A DNA stretch of 61,666 bases, the filler included, from Malassezia furfur (taxonomy: Eukaryota), in assembly GCA_052055015.1 (NCBI GenBank). It is 6 parts of 6 records of this genome, joined end to end, with 100 filler letters (N's around TTAATTAATTAA, not from the genome) between each part and the next. Parts side by side here need not be neighbours in the genome. Positions count along the whole stretch, not along the records: positions 41,273 to 51,423 come from JBQJIT010000401.1; positions 51,524 to 61,666 come from JBQJIT010000402.1; 4 more parts are not named here. The stretch is one strand, 5' to 3'. Both the position numbers and the translations under genes were made by a program. The notes beneath the pieces are model-generated. The model worked only from the letters and a program-made list of their open reading frames with translations, was not told the origin of the DNA and did no database searches. The stretch's first letter is position 1, and each line of letters begins with the position of its first letter. Shown one piece after another: positions 43,685-54,919 of the stretch.

Positions 43685-45031
43685 ATGCCGCCTAAGAAGA
43701 ACGCTGCCCCCGTCGAGAAGGCGCGTCTCGGCCGTCCCTCGAACAACCTGAAGATGGGCATCGTCGGTCTGCCCAACGTCGGCAAGTCGACGCTCTTCAA
43801 CACGATCGCCAAGTGCGATCTGGGCAAGGCCGCCAACTTCCCGTACGCCACCATCGAGCCTGAGGAGGCGCGCGTGCCCGTCCCGGACGAGCGTTTCCTG
43901 TGGCTCTGCGACCTGTACAAGCCCAAGTCTGAGGTCCCTGCGTTCCTCACCTGCATCGATATCGCCGGTCTTACCGCGGGTGCGAGCACCGGTGCGGGTC
44001 TCGGTAACGCCTTCTTGTCGAACGTGCGTGCCGTCGACGGTATCTTCCAGGTGATCCGCGCTTTCGACGACTCCGATATCATCCACGTCGAGGGCGATGT
44101 GAACCCGACGCGTGACATGGAGATCATTTCGACGGAGCTGCGTCTGAAGGACATCGAGTGGGTCGAGAAGAACCTCGACACGGCGCGCAAGAACGCGCGC
44201 TCTGCGGGCAACAACTCGCTCGAGGACCGCAAGAAGAAGGAGGAGGTGGCGATCATCGAAAAGGTGCTCCACTGCCTCCAGGAGGAGAACAAGGACGTCC
44301 GCAAGGGCGACTGGAACGCGAAGGAGGTACGTTACCAAGCGCAGGGCCAAGAGGATGATAAAGAGTGCACCGCACTCGAATTCTTAACCCAGCTCGTTGA
44401 GGGCCCCGAACAAGGTCCACATGAGATACACTTCTTTTCTGACTTGCCCTGCGCTGCATTGCTCCGACAGTACTAACGACAGATCGACGTGATCAACAAC
44501 ATGATGCTCCTCACCGCCAAGCCAGTCATCTACCTTGTCAACCTCAGCGAGCGCGACTACGTCCGCAAGAAGAACAAGTGGCTGCCCAAGATCAAGGAGT
44601 GGATCGACCAGAACAACCCCGGTGACCAGCTCATTCCCTTCTCGGCATCGCTCGAGGAGCAGCTCTTCTCGCTCGGCGACGAGGCCGCACAGAAGGAATA
44701 CCTCGACAAGCTCGGCGAGGGCGTCAGCAGCGCGCTGGGCAAGATCACCAAGTCGGGCTACGATAGCCTCGACCTCATCCGCTACTTCACGGCCGGTCCC
44801 GACGAGGTCCGCGCGTGGTCCATCCGCCGCGGTCTCAAGGCACCGCAGGCCGCGGGTGTGATTCACTCGGACTTCGAGAACAAGTTCGTGTGCGGTGATA
44901 TCATGGCCTTCGACGACCTCAAGGAGGCTGGCAGCGAGAACGCCTGCCGGGCGAACGGCAAGCTCGCGCAAAAGGGCAAGACATACGAGATGGTCGACGG
45001 TGACATTGCACACTGGAAGTGCGGCGCGTAA
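43685..45031 (+). CDS. OLA1: Obg-like ATPase Ola1/YchF
   Basis: GIVGLPNVGKSTLFN, ANFPYATIEP, DIAGL, C-terminal TGS domain (APQAAGVIHSDFE); 156-nt intron 44327-44482. A second in-frame ATG lies at 43580. Confidence 0.96.
44339..44454 (+). ncRNA. Intronic box C/D snoRNA, snR69-like (LSU rRNA 2'-O-methylation guide)
   Basis: Terminal stem GCGCAGGGC.AAG / CTTGCCCTGCGC; C-like box AGGATGA 44352-44358; guide AACCCAGCTC 44386-44395 before D' TTGA; D box CTGA 44439-44442. Confidence 0.85.
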
Positions 45032-45080
45032 TGTAGACGAGAATTAGCGTCTTTGTATGCCTCCAAAAAAAGAAAAAAAA

Positions 45081-45164
45081 TCAGAACGCCCGGGATTGAA
45101 CCGGGGATCGTCTCAGTCCACGTGCCGTGTAAATGAGAAGTCCTAACCACTAGACCACGCTCTG
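45081..45164 (-). tRNA. tRNA-Val(TAC) with 11-nt intron
   Basis: Acceptor CAGAGCG/CGTTCTG-A, A box TGGTCTAGTGG, anticodon arm TCTCA-TTTACA^C-TGAGA, T arm CCCGG-TTCAATC-CCGGG, followed by an oligo-T Pol III terminator. Confidence 0.92.
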
Positions 45165-45317
45165 CAAAATCCTATCACCTAATGTGAATGTGCCACCTTA
45201 AACTTGCCAAGTTCAATTGAAATCGCGCGCTCGACTTGGGATCCTCCACGATTCCGTTGAACGTTGCGCGTAATTTCATTCGTGGGCCCACTTCATTACT
45301 CCTATATACGTTGAGGG

Positions 45318-46958
45318 CTATGCAACCTCCTGCTTCTCCTCAGTCTTGCCCTTGTCTTCGTCAATAGTATACACGGTGCGGTCGGCGTGAGCAATGGCCA
45401 TGTCCGCCGACGAAAGGTCCATATTGTGAAGGAAGCCAGCGAGGGACGGACCCTCGTAGTTTTTCCGCCCTCCAATGAACCAGTACGCAACACAAATGAT
45501 GAGCCAAATGGTGAACGCGACGATGGCATAGTTCATACTGCTCCCAGTCGCAGGTACGGTCGGCGGGAAAAAGAAGAGCACCGTCGTGAGAGCGACATAC
45601 ATGAGTCCCACAATGTTGACGGTCCATCCAACAATGGGCGACAGCTTGTAGGGACGCGGCGGCAGCTTCTTGCGACCTTGCACACAGTTGATGGCAATAG
45701 GAATCCCATAGGTCAAATTCAGGGCAATCACCGACGCAGAGGTGATTGCATCAAATGCACTGCTGGAGCCCAGGAAAATGCATCCAAAAATGATGACAAT
45801 TACCAAGGTCAATACAAGAGCGTTCAAGGGAAGCTTCAACCTCGAGTGGACGTGTGCAAAAAAGGGTGAGAAGGGAAGTCCTTTTTCGCGCGCAAAGGCA
45901 AAGGTCATCCGGCTCGATGCGGTGAAGAAGCCAAGGGTAGCAAACACCAGGCAAACCAAGGGGAACATGGTCAGACACACAGCACCAGCATTGCTTTTAG
46001 TCGCAATTTGGAAGATGTGGATCAAAGGCGTTTGGGGCGAATTGATGACATCGTCCACGTTGGGCTGGCCTCCCGACACGAACAGCATCACCACCAAGAA
46101 AATGAAGCCCGTGCTAATACCCGTCCAAACACTTGCATTCATAATTTTGGGTCCTTGGATGGATGCATTCGGAATCTCCTCGATCATATGAGCGACCGCG
46201 TCGTACGCAGTGAGACCGAAGCTTCCTTGCAGCAGACCCAGGAGCCAGGAAATGCCATTGGGCCAGCCCGTGTTGTTGATAAATTTGCCAAACACCCATG
46301 CACCATCGGCATAGTTGGGCGAAGCGGTCGCCAACACGACAATGCAAATAATAACAAATCCTGTAATGGACCAACAAAAGCTGGTTTTGTTGGCCAAAGG
46401 AAGGAGAGACGTGGCGAAGGCGTTCACCAAAAATCCGATGAGAGAATACGCGATGTAAATCAAGAATTGATGCCAGCGCTCAGACTCGTAATTTGGGTGC
46501 ATCAACGAAATCAAGCCGATGATCAGCTGGCTGCCGAGCAGGCCACCCGTGGCACTCAGCGCAATCCAGCCACCAACATTGATCCAGCCGGTTATCCATG
46601 AAGCAATGCGGCGGTATTTTGGTGGTGTAACGAAAGCCACCCAGTGGTATTGACCGCCCGCGGTCGGAAACGCAGAAAGGAATTCGGATAGAGACATGGT
46701 TAAGCAGACATTGCAAATCCCCGACGTCACCAGGCCCCAGACGACCGAACTTGGGCCACCACTAGGCAAAGCCAAGGACATGGAGACTGACAATGCTGTC
46801 CAAGAATTCAAGATGGCGAATGCAAGACCCAGCATACTTAGGAAAGAGAAATTCCGCTCAAGCACGGGCGTATGCCCGAGGGCCATGAGCTGTGCCTCAT
46901 CGTAGCCTGTCTCCGCTGTGATATGCTTGCTAGCGCGGGAGCTCTTGATACTTGTCAT
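45318..46958 (-). CDS. APC-family amino acid/amine permease (ACT subfamily: GABA/choline/polyamine type)
   Basis: RNFSFLSMLGLAF, SEFLSAFPTAGGQYHWV, YDAVAHMIEE, ASSRMTFAFARE; about 12 TM segments; intronless. Confidence 0.9.
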   Translation of the reverse strand: MTSIKSSRASKHITAETGYDEAQLMALGHTPVLERNFSFLSMLGLAFAILNSWTALSVSMSLALPSGGPSSVVWGLVTSGICNVCLTMSLSEFLSAFPTAGGQYHWVAFVTPPKYRRIASWITGWINVGGWIALSATGGLLGSQLIIGLISLMHPNYESERWHQFLIYIAYSLIGFLVNAFATSLLPLANKTSFCWSITGFVIICIVVLATASPNYADGAWVFGKFINNTGWPNGISWLLGLLQGSFGLTAYDAVAHMIEEIPNASIQGPKIMNASVWTGISTGFIFLVVMLFVSGGQPNVDDVINSPQTPLIHIFQIATKSNAGAVCLTMFPLVCLVFATLGFFTASSRMTFAFAREKGLPFSPFFAHVHSRLKLPLNALVLTLVIVIIFGCIFLGSSSAFDAITSASVIALNLTYGIPIAINCVQGRKKLPPRPYKLSPIVGWTVNIVGLMYVALTTVLFFFPPTVPATGSSMNYAIVAFTIWLIICVAYWFIGGRKNYEGPSLAGFLHNMDLSSADMAIAHADRTVYTIDEDKGKTEEKQEVA

Positions 46959-46989
46959 CGTACTAGTGACACTCTCACCACTACCGAGA

Positions 46990-47216
46990 TTATATAGGGC
47001 GGCATCTATCTATTCCGGATCGGACGAGAGATAAAAATGGCGTTGACTATCTCGAGTAGTGGTATCTTATCGGCGCCCTGCGCGAATTACGTATTCCCCA
47101 TGAATATCGATGACCGATTAGGGTGGAAGCCTTTCCAGGGCACCACTGATAACGCCTTACCCGAATGTGCGTCGCTAGAGCTTGAGTCAAGGATAAAGAG
47201 TTCCTAATACTATATC
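46990..47216 (-). promoter_or_regulatory. Permease promoter: TATA box plus GATA-site cluster
   Basis: TATATAA about 30 bp upstream of the ATG; nine GATA/TATC cores between 47007 and 47216. Confidence 0.6.
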
Positions 47217-47261
47217 CAGACGCACGTTACAATACATCCCGAGATCTCCTGCTACCTACAT

Positions 47262-49355
47262 TTAGGAGCGGTTGCTGCAGCAGTTGTCACTCAGCGATGC
47301 ATCGGCCATCGCACTCGTAGCTCCGTTGGTTCCGTCTTGCTCCTTCGAGCCATCGTAGAGAACACTCTGGTTGAAAGCTTGCGAGCTGGGCGGGACATCC
47401 ATCGTCGGGTTATACTCGAAGAAGCTGTTGGGCTTAAGCATAACCCGGGCGACCTCGGCAGGCATCACAGGGAAGTCCTCAGGACGAGGGTTGTGGGTGA
47501 AGCCGAATGTGTGCCATACAACAATGTCCTCGTTCTCGACTTTGTCTTTCCTTTGGATCCACGTCTTGATGCCATCGTCGCCATCAGACTGATTGGTATA
47601 GACACCCGAGGCGAAGAGCTCCCCCTCTTTGTACTTGGTGACCCAGATTGGATGGTCGGCAAAATTCGACCGTCGCGAATGCCATGAAGAGGGATGAGCG
47701 AGCAACATCTGCGACACGATAGGAACCAGTTTGTAGCCCACCGGAAGCAAAGATGTCGGGTTGATCTTGTTCGGGTTGATAATCTTAAACACACGCCCCT
47801 TGGCAACGTCCAGCTCTTCGGTGCCCGACTCTTTGACGGTCCGACTCTCCGTGCGGTAACCGATACCATACGGGTTGTACTTGTCCAAGGGCATAGGTAC
47901 GCTGTCGACCACCTGCAACGAGTTTCCGTCACCATCGATGCAAGGGTCAATGCGCAGGCTGAACATATGTTGGTGATAGGGACCCAGAACGCCTTTGCCC
48001 ACACGCGTACCAAACTCGCACGGGTTCTTGTTGTCAGGGTCCACGGGAGTGGTGCTCAAAATACCAGTGGCGAGCACATCGAATGCGATTTCACCACTCT
48101 GGTCAAAGTTGTAGTAGAAGCAGTATTCGTAATTGGCCACCGTAATGATCGTCTGGAGTTGGAGCTGGCGGCGACGAACGACACTGGCATTACCGGTGCG
48201 CCAGTTGGTGTGCTTCCACTGGATACCGGCGTCGATCTCGTGCATGCAGACAACATTCTGCGCCTTGAACGGCTTGCCATTGAACCCGAGGAGGTGGGCA
48301 TCGAAGTACTTGATGACACCCAAGCAGTCGCAGCCAAGGCCCAGATTGTTGGCACAGAATCCAGCGCCAAGGTTGCCCAAGTCAAAAGCAGACTTGCGGT
48401 GCAGAGGTGCACGAGGGTCGCCGTAAGGCACCACCATCTCCGAGAGCGAAATGCGGTGGAAGAGCTCCCGACCATCAAAGGTGATATCGTAGAGCACCAG
48501 GCCCTCACGCCAGTTGAACCCAATGCGGAAGCGCCACTTCTCCCATTCCACCAGGTATCCGTCGAGCTTGAAGCTAGGTCCCTCGGGCTGAACAACCCGC
48601 AGCGGCTTGAGCGACGTGCGGGGCTTTTCCTTCTGGAGGTGGTGCGCATATTCCGGCTCTGGAGCCGTGCCCAGCTTGAATCCGTCCTTGGGCTCGTCGC
48701 CCCCCTGAACGCTGACACCGAGCGGGAGCCGGGCGACGCGGTCGACGCGGTTCTGCTCCGCGTTCAAATCGACGATCATCAAAAAATCAAGGGGTCGGGT
48801 GTACGGGTTGGAATCGAGGTCCTCGGTGCTGGGATCGCGCAGGAAAAAGAACACCTGTGACTTGCGATCGTACTCGTTGTCCGTGTCGCGCGCGTAGTTC
48901 CACGGCTCTGCGACGATATGGCTCAGCGGCAGGTTGAGCCGCGCGGCCTCCTTCTTGAGCTCGTCCGACTGGAGCACAAATTCGGCAACGGCACGGGCTT
49001 CTTCGGGATTCTTAGGAGTCATCTTTCCGCGCGGAAGCTCGTCGAGCCTTCCTACCTTCTTGTTGGTCACGTCGACCATGGCCTCAAAAAGGCGCGGCGT
49101 CTTGGCGATGTAGAACATGAGGTCGATGCAACGGGGTGGCGGTTCCACCTTCTGGCCCGCGCGTTCGGCACGCAGGAACTTGCGGAGCGCCTGCTTGGGT
49201 GGCTCGCAAAGAACGCCTGCATGGAAGAAGAGGGGCTGTTCAGGGAACTGGGCCTGTGCGAGGGCGACGGCTTCTTCGAGCTCAGCGGGGGTCGCGGGGT
49301 CGAGCGGGTGAGGCCTTTCGGCGGCGTGGACCGTATCTGCAGACACAGGAGACAT
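47262..49355 (-). CDS. Copper amine oxidase (TPQ-dependent)
   Basis: HPLDP N-terminus, TVANYEY topaquinone motif, HQH and FTHNPRPEDFPVMP copper ligands; intronless. Confidence 0.95.
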   Translation of the reverse strand: MSPVSADTVHAAERPHPLDPATPAELEEAVALAQAQFPEQPLFFHAGVLCEPPKQALRKFLRAERAGQKVEPPPRCIDLMFYIAKTPRLFEAMVDVTNKKVGRLDELPRGKMTPKNPEEARAVAEFVLQSDELKKEAARLNLPLSHIVAEPWNYARDTDNEYDRKSQVFFFLRDPSTEDLDSNPYTRPLDFLMIVDLNAEQNRVDRVARLPLGVSVQGGDEPKDGFKLGTAPEPEYAHHLQKEKPRTSLKPLRVVQPEGPSFKLDGYLVEWEKWRFRIGFNWREGLVLYDITFDGRELFHRISLSEMVVPYGDPRAPLHRKSAFDLGNLGAGFCANNLGLGCDCLGVIKYFDAHLLGFNGKPFKAQNVVCMHEIDAGIQWKHTNWRTGNASVVRRRQLQLQTIITVANYEYCFYYNFDQSGEIAFDVLATGILSTTPVDPDNKNPCEFGTRVGKGVLGPYHQHMFSLRIDPCIDGDGNSLQVVDSVPMPLDKYNPYGIGYRTESRTVKESGTEELDVAKGRVFKIINPNKINPTSLLPVGYKLVPIVSQMLLAHPSSWHSRRSNFADHPIWVTKYKEGELFASGVYTNQSDGDDGIKTWIQRKDKVENEDIVVWHTFGFTHNPRPEDFPVMPAEVARVMLKPNSFFEYNPTMDVPPSSQAFNQSVLYDGSKEQDGTNGATSAMADASLSDNCCSNRS

Positions 49356-49393
49356 GCTGAAGATGTTGTGCGCGAGGTGCGTCCCCGCTCGGC

Positions 49394-49600
49394 TTATAAG
49401 CTCGTGCGGTGAAGCTTATCAGGCGAGAATAATCGAGGGCCATGTCAGGGCAAGCGAGCCGTGTGACTAAAAATACGACCTTTGCGACTGATAGACACTG
49501 TGGTGTCTCCCCCGCGTCGCGATAGCCGAGTGTACGCCCTGGACATTGCTGTCTTTCCGTTTTGACACTTATCAATAGCCGTATCTAATTGGGCACGATA
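49394..49600 (-). promoter_or_regulatory. Amine oxidase promoter: TATA-like element plus GATA-site cluster
   Basis: TTATAA about 40 bp upstream; six GATA/TATC cores between 49417 and 49600. Confidence 0.55.
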
Positions 49601-49882
49601 AGTGTTATGGGAGATGGACGCGGGGGTTGGCCCATGTCGGGCGACCAAGCGCGCTGGACGGCCATGCATACGGCTGCGATTGTACGTATATGTGTACGTG
49701 TGCTACGCGGTGGGCGTTGTGCGCCGCGTCGTACCCGCTCACCGCGCGACGCGTGCGGCAAGCCGACGCGTCGCCGCACGGATCAGCGTCGTTCGAATTA
49801 AGTGTATTTAATAAAAAAATTATCCACGTCCATCAAGGGGTCCGTGCGCCGGCCGTGCCTGGGCGCGGGCCGCCGGGCGCAC

Positions 49883-51335
49883 TTACAAGCGCGAGCGGGA
49901 GAAAAACGAGTGGGCCAGGGAGGAGGCGCGCTTGCCGCGTCCTGTCGGGAGCCATTTGAACGAGGCGCGTTTTGCGGCCTTGGGCGCCGTGGGAAACTCT
50001 GCTGAGCTGCGCGGCATTGGCGGCGAGTGGTCGTGCGCCGCGGGCGAGTCGTACTGCGGCGGGCGCTCCTGGCGCGCCTGGAACGCGGTCACGAGCTGGT
50101 CCCAGTCAAAATCTCCGCTCGCGAGCAGCGCGTCCCACTCGTAGATTTCCGACTTGGATGCGTACCGCGACACGTAGGTGAGATTCTTGGCGAGTTTGTG
50201 CACAAAGTCCTGCGTGTCAGCACGGCTGTACGTACCGAGAGGATGTGGTGCAGCGCCAAGAGTGTATCCACGTCGGCGTCGGTGAGCATGGCGGCTTCAG
50301 GGAACGGCTCGAGCAGTGTCTGCATCGTCATCGGTCCATACACCGTGGAGATCTGCACCGGGGTCGTGTCGTTGCGCAAGCGCTCGAGGAACGCCGGGTC
50401 CACGCACGCGAGCAGCTTGGCATACAGCGCACACAGCACCGCAAGGATGGCGGAGAGCGACTCGACGACGTCGACCTGCATCTCGGGTGCCTCGTCCGTG
50501 TCCTGTGTGAGCGACAGCAACGTACGTCGTCCGCGATGAACCATGCCTCGGGCTGCCCGCGCTCGAGTTCGTGCGCGCGGCGGAGCACGGCGCGGATCGA
50601 GGTATCCTGGAGCGCGAGCGCGAGGCTGGAGCGCGCGCGCTCTGCGTACGCACACCAGTCCTCCAATGCGCGACGCGCGACGGCCGTGACGTAGTCCGAG
50701 GGACGCAGCTGTGCCGAGTACAGGAACCGTTCGTCGCCGTGCACGACGCGGCGCAGGTACGCGATCGTCTTGAGGCGCAGCGTAAATGCCTCCTTGAGGT
50801 CCGCGGGGATGGTGCCGTGCGAGGACTGCGGTGCGTCGGGCGCCGCGGCTGTCGCGTGCGTGTCTATGTGTGGGTTGGGCAGCGCCGCGTCGTCGGCCAA
50901 AGGCGGCGCCGGGGCGGGCGGCGCCGGGCCGGTCGCGTCGGCCCCGTCTGCCTCCGCGGTGGGTTCGGCGTTGGCCTCTGCCTCTGGGGCGCCATGCAGC
51001 GTGTCGGCCTGCGGACTATTCGTCTGCCCCCGCGCCATCGCCTCGGCCGCGACGGCGAGTGCCTCGTCGTGCACCGCATGGGGCGCGCGCGACTCGTCGT
51101 GCGCCGGCGGCTCGGACACGACAAGCGCCGGCACCTGGTCGTGCGAGGCGCGCGGCGTGCCGTTGGTGTGGGTGGTGTCGAGCGAGCGGCGCGCCTCGAG
51201 CCAGCGGCTCCAGCGGTGCTTGCGGCCCGGCGCGCGGTGCCTGCGGCGCGCAAACAGCGACCAGCGCGCGGTGTCGATGTCTACGTGCGCAGTGTGCTCG
51301 TCCTGCATGACCCCCGACGATACGGTGACGTCCAT
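49883..51335 (-). CDS. Hypothetical protein
   Basis: Three ORF pieces joined in frame by consensus introns 50503-50525 (23 nt) and 50210-50235 (26 nt); TATAA just upstream. Confidence 0.7.
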
Positions 51336-51423
51336 GGCGTACGCGGCGCCGGCGGCGGGGGCGGCGGGCGCTTATATGGCGCGCGCGCGTGCATCGTGTC
51401 CTGATCTGGGCGGTCTGTGCACG

Positions 51424-51523
51424 NNNNNNNNNNNNNNNNNNNNNNNNNNNNNNNNNNNNNNNNNNNNTTAATTAATTAANNNNNNNNNNNNNNNNNNNNN
51501 NNNNNNNNNNNNNNNNNNNNNNN
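51424..51523. other. Artificial contig linker
   Basis: N44-TTAATTAATTAA-N44. Confidence 0.98.
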
Positions 51524-51549
51524 GGCTCACGTAAGACGAATTTGCGTCG

Positions 51550-53242
51550 ATGGCCAGCCTCGCGGACGAGCTGTTGGCCGACTTGGAGCCCGGTGGCGCC
51601 GAGGCGCCACCCGAGCCAGTGCAGGAGGATGCGCAGGGCACATCTTCCGGGTATCCAGCATACCATGCGTTCGAATCCGAGATCGGCGCCGAGGCGCAGA
51701 ACGAGGCTGAACTGGGACTCGAGCACGACGACGCGACGCGTCCGCCCGAACCCATGGACCAAGAGACGCTGGACACGATGGATTTCGGCAAGACCAGCAT
51801 AGACAGCGCACGATCCGTGTCGAAACTGTATGGAAGCGATACCCTGGCAGATGTCATGAATGTACGTACTCTACGCGCGACTGACCTAGTCCATCGAAAC
51901 CTTCCTGGCGCAACCGCCGCCGGAACTGAAGGGCGCACTAGAAGACACACCGGAATACCACCTGATTGTGCGCGCAAATAACATGGCCGTCGAGGTCGAC
52001 AACGAGGTGATGATGCTCCACAAGTTTATCCGCGAGCGGTACTCGCCTCGGTTCCCTGAGCTCGAGACGCTCGTGCTCAACCCGTGGGAGTTTATCCAGA
52101 CCGTGCGCGCGCTGGGCAACGAGCAGGACCTTGTGCACACAAACCTCGAGGGAATTCTTCCACACGGTACTGTCGTCGTAATCAGTATGACGGCATCGAC
52201 GACCCCGGGGCGGCCGCTGCCGGACGACGAGTGGCAGCGTGTCCAAGAGGCATGCTCCATGGCGCTGGAGCTCGAGGCGAATCGCCAGAGAATCTTGCAG
52301 TATGTCGAGTCACGCATGTCGCTGCTTGCGCCGAACCTGTCGGCCTTGGTGGGGACGCCGGTCGCGACGAAGCTCGTGGGTGTGGCCGGTGGACTGGCGG
52401 CGCTCGCCAAGATTCCATCGTGCAACTTGCATCTGCTCGGTACCTCCAAGCGGCAGGCGACGGGTCTCTCGACGATCCACGGGAACTCGACGCGCTTTTC
52501 GGGCTACTTGGCCCAGTGCGATCTGGTGATGGACACGCCAAGCGATTACCGCACACAAGCACTGCGCATGGTCAGTGCCAAGGCGTCGTTGGCTGCGCGT
52601 ATGGACGTGAGCGCATCGGGTGGCAAACGCGACGGGCAGTATGGCGCGAACTTGCATGAAGAAATCGCGCGCAAGATTGAAAAGCTGCTGGAGCCGCCGC
52701 CCGCAAAGCTGGTCAAGGCGCTGCCTGTCCCGAACGAGGGCGGGCGCAAACAGCGCCGCGGCGGACGGCGGGCACGCAAGTTCCGCGAGATGCATGGCCT
52801 GACCGAGTTGCGGAAGATGCAGAACCGCGTCGAGTTTGGCAAGGAGGAAGAGGAGGCGGGCGCCTTCGACGAGACCATGGGCCTCGGTATGATCAACACC
52901 AAGGCCAGCGGCAAGATCCGCGCGGCCGTCGCCGACTCCAAGTCGAAGGCGCGCATGTCGAAGGCGAACAAGGCACGCCTGGCAACGCTCAACCGGCCGT
53001 CGCTGTCGCTGAACAACGTGGGGCCAGGGGCAGCAAGCTCCTCGGGCACGGCGTCCTCGCTGTCGTTCACGCCTGTGCAGGGCATCGAGCTCGTCGACCC
53101 GTCGCGCCAAAAGAAGGTCGATGACGCAAACGCCAAGTGGTTCCGCGAAGGCCAGTTTTCGCTCCTGCCCGGTGCAGGTGGGCAGGCACTCCCTGGACAG
53201 AACCGCACGAATGCGATGCCGCCGCCGCCGCCGCCACGCTAG
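51550..53242 (+). CDS. PRP31: U4/U6 snRNP protein Prp31
   Basis: MASLADELLADL, YSPRFPELETLV, Nop domain APNLSALVG, RRGGRRARK, SGTASSLSFTPVQGIEL; intron 51862-51889. Confidence 0.95.
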
Positions 53243-53300
53243 TGCATAGGAGGGAAAAAAGACGAGGATCCTCATGTATGGATAGCTCTGTGAGGACTAC

Positions 53301-54689
53301 TTAGTTCGCGATGGTGCGGTGCAGCATCGACTGGCGACCCGGGCCGACGCCGATCCACTCGATCGGGATGCCCAAAAAGTCTTCGATGAACTCGACGTAC
53401 TCGCGGCACGTCTGTGGCAGCTGCTCGTACTCGGTGACTTCCGAGATTGGCGTGTCCCAGCCGGGGAACGTCTTGTACTGCACCTCGACCTTGGCCAGCA
53501 TGGTGAGGTCCGCGGGGAAGCTCGCAATCTCCTTGCCGTTGATCGTGTAGCTCGTCGCGACCTTGATCTCCTTCAGCCCATCGAGTACATCAAGCTTGGT
53601 CAGGTTCAGGCAGGTGTACCCGTTGATCAGGCACGAGTAGCGCATCATCACCAGGTCCAGCCAGCCGCAGCGGCGCCGACGGCCCGTGGTCGTGCCGTAC
53701 TCGGCACCGACCTCCTGGAGGTGCGTCATAATCTCGTCGTTCAGCTCGGTCGGGAACGGACCCGCACCGACACGAGACGTGTACGCCTTGATCACACCGA
53801 TCACCTTGCCGATGCACTGCGGCGGGATACCTAGACCCGTGCACACACCACCGATGCCCGTCGACGACGACGTCACGAAGGGGTAGGTGCCGTAGTCCAA
53901 GTCGAGCATGAGCGCGTTTGCACCCTCGACCAGGATACGCCGGTTCGACGCAAGCATCGAGTGGATGAACGTCACACCGTCCACCACAAACGGACGCAGG
54001 CGCTCGGCAAAGGCACGGTAACGGGCAATCTCACCCTCGGTGTCGTATTCAAAGTTGCCGTAGCGCTTGAAGCGAGCCTCGACGAGCTTGCGGAACTTTT
54101 GCGCAAAGGTCTCGAAGTCGTACAGGTGGTGCACACGCAGACCAGAGCGCGACGCCTTGGACGAGTACGCGGGACCAATGCCCTTCTTGGTGGTGCCAAT
54201 ACTGCTGCCGCCCAGCTCAACCTCCTTCAGGCCATCGACGACCTGGTGGAAGTCAAACACCAGGTGCGCACGGTCCGACACAAACAGACGGTTGTCGCAC
54301 TTGAGGCCTGCGTCAGACAAATCCACATACCTTTCTTCTCCAGCGTGTCCAACTCGCTAAAGAACGACGGCACATGCACCACAACACCGCTGCCAATGAA
54401 CCCCACACAGCGGGGGTTCACCAGACCCGACGGGAGAAGGTGGAAGTCAAACTTCGTCTTCACGTTGTCAGGGCCAATGTTGGCAACGATGGTGTGACCA
54501 GCGTTGTTCCCGCCAGCGCACCGTGCACAAATGTCCATCTCGCCGGCAAGGATGTCGGTGAGCTTCCCTGTTGGTCAGCACGACGCCCATCACAGCCCAC
54601 GAACCTTTGCCCTCATCGCCCCATTGCGAACCAAGCACAACGGTGACTTGCCCAGTCTTGGACAAGCTCGGCTTGGGCAGAGTCGTCAT
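53301..54689 (-). CDS. ADE12: Adenylosuccinate synthetase
   Basis: [48 protein letters not shown]; introns 54568-54604 and 54308-54330. Confidence 0.97.
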
Positions 54690-54919
54690 TCTCGAAAGAG
54701 GACGAAGTCCGCGAAGAGTACGTGAGCGCTCGGCGACTCTGCCAAGTCCCACGGCCGGGTCTCGGCCGTGGATTTTGATTGGCCACGAGCAAATGTACAA
54801 ATATTCGCCCGCGCGGGCGTGCGAGAGCCCCCCCTCAATTGTGCAGATCCCACCGATTGAAACCGGCCCAACTATCATAGGTAGTCATCCAATTCAACAC
54901 TACAAACATAGCTTGCGCT

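Noticed and set aside
10253..51523. Five identical TTAATTAATTAA elements at about 10.3 kb spacing, flanked by Ns
   Set aside because: Artificial six-frame-stop linkers joining size-sorted contigs; not a biological repeat or CRISPR.
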